A DNA stretch of 64,000 nucleotides from Giardia intestinalis (taxonomy: Eukaryota): assembly GCA_000002435.2 (NCBI GenBank), contig CM018793.1, one strand, 5' to 3'. The first letter of the stretch is position 1. Every line of letters begins with the position of its first letter. Below the pieces are notes generated by a model, which saw only the letters and a list, made by a program, of their open reading frames with translations, made no database searches and was not told the DNA's origin. This document shows, piece by piece, positions 60,824 through 64,000 of this stretch. Made by a program: the position numbers and the translations under genes.

Positions 60824-62533
60824 ATGTGCTCGCGGCTCAACCCATGCGAGCGGCTGCATAGTACACTATCGGAGCGAGTCTTGTCCAAGAAAATCTTCGG
60901 AAGAACTGGTCTGATCCCAGACATGCGTGCCTTCACTGCGAGCTCCGCCGACACCACTCTCAATGAGCAGCAATATTCTTACGCGACCCTTTTAGCAAGC
61001 GTTACCGAGCTTGAATATCGCACATTTGTGAAAGATCTTATCGCCACTATGGATCCTCTACCAGTTATCAAGCGGTCTGGCCCTGTGAACCTTCACCGCC
61101 CATCAGGCTCTCTAATTGGTGGCCACGTAGCCGACTTGGTTTCTGCAATCCATGCTTCCACTCAGCAAGTAGCCTCTGAGACCACTTTGCATAGTGTAGA
61201 TAGTGTTCAAAAGGTCTCTGGGATTCCCTCTAGATCAGAGCATCACAAAAACGTCGATGAGCCCTCCCTGAAGTTAGTATCTGCATCTTCCCTTTTGCCC
61301 CCAATGCATTTTCTCAATGCCTGCCCTTCTTCTTCGAGTACCGAGCTCCTCGGAGGTGTTGACGAAGCGCCTTCCTCAGTGCGAAAGACCAAGGATAGTG
61401 ATAAGCGCGGTAAACCCCAGTCGGCCTCTAGTAACTTGGCAAAGCAGCTCATCGACGAGGGGATACTTGTGGACCTCAACATAGATATATACAATAGTCA
61501 AAAGCTCATAGGCATGAAGTCTGCTCTTGTTGAATTGGAAACCTCCATTCTGGTACCTGTTAACCATCCGCACCTCTACACAAAGGGTTTATCTCTCAAT
61601 CGTGGAATCCTTCTCTATGGACCGCCTGGCAGCGGAAAAACATTTCTGTGCAAGTGTGTAGCTGCTGCAGCAGGTGTCTCGTTCTTCATTGTGACTGCAT
61701 CTCACATCATGTCGAAGTGGCAGGGTGAGTCAGAGAAGCTTGTCAGCTCGCTTTTTCAGCTGGCTCGTGAAAAGGCCCCGTCCATCATCCTTATAGACGA
61801 GATTGATGGACTTCTGTCCCAGCGTTCGGGTGACGACAGCGATGGAATACGGCGTGTTAAGAATCAATTCCTGCAATGCTTTGATGAGACAAAGCACTAC
61901 AACAATGAACAGATTCTCCAATTTTCATCCGACTCTGGTGCCTCTCAAGAACTTATGGGGCCAAGCTCACCTGCGCGTTCCACCTCCGTTGAAAGGCTTA
62001 AGTTTGTCATTGTGCTAGGCGCAACAAACTTTCCAGAGGCAATAGACCAAGCAGCATTCAGGCGGTTTGATAAGCGAATCTTCATCTCTCTTCCTGATAC
62101 CAATGATCGCGAGCAGTTTCTTTTGCGTAACCTCCCTAAGCACCTTATTGAAGAAGAGCCTGACTTACCACGGCATATAGCTGATAGGACGCACAACTTT
62201 TCTAATGCCGACTTGGAGCTTCTATGTGAGGGAGTCAAAAATTGTGCCACGCGGAAGCTTGTAGAGGCCGAGTACTTTATAAAGAATGCGAAGAACGAGT
62301 GGGTTATCTGTGAGCATGGTGACACGATTTTAGAAACGGACACGCCGGAAAACAAGGCCCTTCGTCCCCTCCTCTTCAAGGGGAAGCTTTCTCAACTCCC
62401 GAAGGGTAGGTGCAACTTGCCGAAGATCACCCTCAAAGACGCTCTCGATGTTCTTCGCAATACATTTCCCTCAGTCACAGAAGCAGATATGAAGAAGTAC
62501 CACGATTTTGCCCAGCAGTTTAAGCACTCATAG
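60824..62533 (+). CDS. AAA+ ATPase of the meiotic clade (katanin/spastin/Vps4/fidgetin-like), 569 aa
   Basis: Walker A 'LLYGPPGSGKTFL', Walker B 'IILIDEIDGL', second region of homology 'LGATNFPEAIDQAAFRRFDKRIFISLPD', and the C-terminal 'FPSVTEADMKKYHDFAQQF' helix typical of the meiotic clade. The N-terminal ~270 aa are divergent; an alternative start at Met-34 cannot be excluded. Confidence 0.82.
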   Translation: MCSRLNPCERLHSTLSERVLSKKIFGRTGLIPDMRAFTASSADTTLNEQQYSYATLLASVTELEYRTFVKDLIATMDPLPVIKRSGPVNLHRPSGSLIGGHVADLVSAIHASTQQVASETTLHSVDSVQKVSGIPSRSEHHKNVDEPSLKLVSASSLLPPMHFLNACPSSSSTELLGGVDEAPSSVRKTKDSDKRGKPQSASSNLAKQLIDEGILVDLNIDIYNSQKLIGMKSALVELETSILVPVNHPHLYTKGLSLNRGILLYGPPGSGKTFLCKCVAAAAGVSFFIVTASHIMSKWQGESEKLVSSLFQLAREKAPSIILIDEIDGLLSQRSGDDSDGIRRVKNQFLQCFDETKHYNNEQILQFSSDSGASQELMGPSSPARSTSVERLKFVIVLGATNFPEAIDQAAFRRFDKRIFISLPDTNDREQFLLRNLPKHLIEEEPDLPRHIADRTHNFSNADLELLCEGVKNCATRKLVEAEYFIKNAKNEWVICEHGDTILETDTPENKALRPLLFKGKLSQLPKGRCNLPKITLKDALDVLRNTFPSVTEADMKKYHDFAQQFKHS

Positions 62534-62603
62534 AGCCATTATCCAGAACAATCAAAGGTATTCTCCAAATGCGGCCATAGACAATTTACAAGAGACCTTG
62601 GGC

Positions 62604-64000
62604 TCATACCAGTCCTGTTTCTGATGCCCGAACAGATGATCCGCGACGAGATGCCTGGCTGCTCAGCTGTTCCAGTGATGTGATAACCTCTTCCTTAACC
62701 TTCTTTGCATTTACGAGCTCCTGGTGTATTACACTAAGCTCCCGGTACTCTGTATCTAGTTTATCCAACCGCTCCATCAACTTGGCATTCTTTTCGGTGA
62801 ACTCAGTAATATCGTTCTGATAGCAATCTAGCTTCTCCATGAGCTTCAGCGCATCAGTACTCAGATCCTGCTCATGATGTGTTGATCCCAGAGAGGCGCG
62901 CTCCTCGGGATTGTCCACAGACGCACGGACACAATCCACGATAGACACATGAAGGTTGTGGAGCGTTTCATCGACCTTCTCGGGGCTATTAACGGATAAG
63001 TCACTGATAGAATGGGTGCTGTGGTACATATCCCTTGTTGTATAATTGATGGACAGGTCGTCTCTCCATGTAGTAATGCCCGAGCTTGGTCGTCCGCCAC
63101 CCTTGCGTGATGCTGTTCCATCTAACCTAGTACCACTCTTGGCGCCAGTGGTTGCGCTCTGAGATCTCTTTGGGCTCTGGGCTGTGCCGCCAGCGAACGG
63201 GGCAGGAGTCCCAAAGGCACTAGTCGGGGCACGCAGAGGATGTGCGTTAGTTCTAGAACCGATTTCTGCGCTCATGACCTTCCGCTTGTTGGCAGACATT
63301 ACGTTCAATCTGTCTCCGAAAAAGCGCGTGTTTATGTTCGTTCGATAATCAAATGGACTGAATGGGTTTGGAGTACTTTTGATGTTTCGTTGTTGATTGG
63401 TTGGCCCCATAAGCTCTTGCGGCACGTCTCGCTGCTCAAGGAACTCGTGCGACTCATTCAGTTTTGAATCTGATATGCCCAGCATGCTTTGAATGGCCTG
63501 TGTTGTTGGTGCGCCATGCTGGCCGAATGCGAGTGTGGAGTTATCGGAGATATAGCTTGCAGAAGCGGTGGACATCATGTCTTTTCGTTCCAAGCTCATC
63601 TCTGTCAGGCCCAAGCGAGATGTAACAAACTTCGGGCTAACAATAGTCGACGCTTTGTCTAGCGTTATTTGCAACGCCATGATCTCATTCTCCTTGGCTT
63701 GGACGATGTCTAGAAGGTCATCGTTGATAGACTCCACCTTTTCTAAACGCCTTTCTGCGATCCGCGAATTCGCCCGTAGCTTCTTAGTTTCAATCTTCAA
63801 CTCTGTAACCTTCTGACGCAGTGTTTCTACCGTGTCATCTTCGGTTAAGCTTATTTCTCCTTGCGGAGAGTCTATTCTGTTTTGTGTAAACGCTTCAGTG
63901 TCCAAATCGTTTTCTTTCGTCAGATCAACAACGTCCTTCTGATACATCTTTAGCTGAGCTTCCAGCTCCTCAATTCTTTCTTCATAGACCATTCTTTCGT
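62604..64000 (-). CDS. coiled-coil protein (at least 462 aa; may extend beyond the window end)
   Basis: Track ORF starts at ATG 63992, but the frame stays open upstream to the window edge (…E-R-M-V-Y…). Heptad-rich N- and C-termini with a Ser/Thr/Gly-rich middle. Confidence 0.55.
   Translation of the reverse strand, partial: ERMVYEERIEELEAQLKMYQKDVVDLTKENDLDTEAFTQNRIDSPQGEISLTEDDTVETLRQKVTELKIETKKLRANSRIAERRLEKVESINDDLLDIVQAKENEIMALQITLDKASTIVSPKFVTSRLGLTEMSLERKDMMSTASASYISDNSTLAFGQHGAPTTQAIQSMLGISDSKLNESHEFLEQRDVPQELMGPTNQQRNIKSTPNPFSPFDYRTNINTRFFGDRLNVMSANKRKVMSAEIGSRTNAHPLRAPTSAFGTPAPFAGGTAQSPKRSQSATTGAKSGTRLDGTASRKGGGRPSSGITTWRDDLSINYTTRDMYHSTHSISDLSVNSPEKVDETLHNLHVSIVDCVRASVDNPEERASLGSTHHEQDLSTDALKLMEKLDCYQNDITEFTEKNAKLMERLDKLDTEYRELSVIHQELVNAKKVKEEVITSLEQLSSQASRRGSSVRASETGLV

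Noticed and set aside
1-64000. Prokaryotic features (operons, CRISPR arrays, IS elements, RBS-driven starts)
   Set aside because: All recognisable proteins are eukaryote-specific (MCM2-7, Pol I A190, PKA-R, GSK-3, ZMYND10, PP2A B''). No direct-repeat/spacer arrays, inverted-repeat-flanked transposases or rRNA/tRNA genes were seen.
1-64000. Variant-specific surface protein (VSP) / high-cysteine membrane protein genes or retrotransposons (GilM/GilT)
   Set aside because: No CXXC-rich ORFs, no reverse-transcriptase motifs (YXDD), no subtelomeric repeat structure. The region looks like chromosome-internal core genome.

Overview
The window reads as a gene-dense, apparently intron-free eukaryotic chromosomal segment. 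Its best match in style is a diplomonad such as Giardia intestinalis: about 50% GC, ORFs packed head-to-head and tail-to-tail with intergenic spacers of 11-300 bp, short AT-rich initiator elements ('aaaATG', 'taaATG') directly abutting start codons, occasional AGTRAAY polyadenylation-like motifs just after stops, many ankyrin-repeat '21.1-type' proteins and a NEK-like pseudokinase. I can support about 29 protein-coding genes; two are truncated by the window edges.

Recognisable genes include an MCM2-7 family helicase (partial), RNA polymerase I largest subunit, PP2A B''/TON2-type regulatory subunit, a SAS-6-like head-domain protein, a DEAD-box and a DEAH-box helicase, PKA regulatory subunit, GSK-3, glucose-6-phosphate isomerase, two large ankyrin-repeat proteins, a secreted BPI/LBP-like lipid-binding protein, ribosome-biogenesis protein RLP24, an RNI-type LRR protein with KKG repeats, an ARID protein, a Prp39-like HAT-repeat factor, two giant WD40 proteins (one with a C-terminal EF-hand pair, CFAP251-like), an RRM protein, a ZMYND10/DNAAF7 orthologue, a sirtuin with a long C-terminal extension, a meiotic-clade AAA ATPase and several coiled-coil or hypothetical proteins. 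I found no rRNA, tRNA, CRISPR array, transposon or VSP-type gene. This is ordinary core-genome housekeeping and cytoskeletal content rather than an obvious novel 'system'.

The points most worth a second look are the SAS6L-like gene, the secreted BPI-like protein, the KKG-repeat LRR protein, extremely compact bidirectional promoters, overlapping convergent 3' ends, and an atypically long 555-bp ORF-free AT-rich spacer.

The supplied ORF track treats TTG/GTG/CTG as starts, so several track ORFs are N-terminally over-extended; I re-anchored starts to the first in-frame ATG with AT-rich context. All functional calls rest on motif recognition by eye and are unverified by any search.
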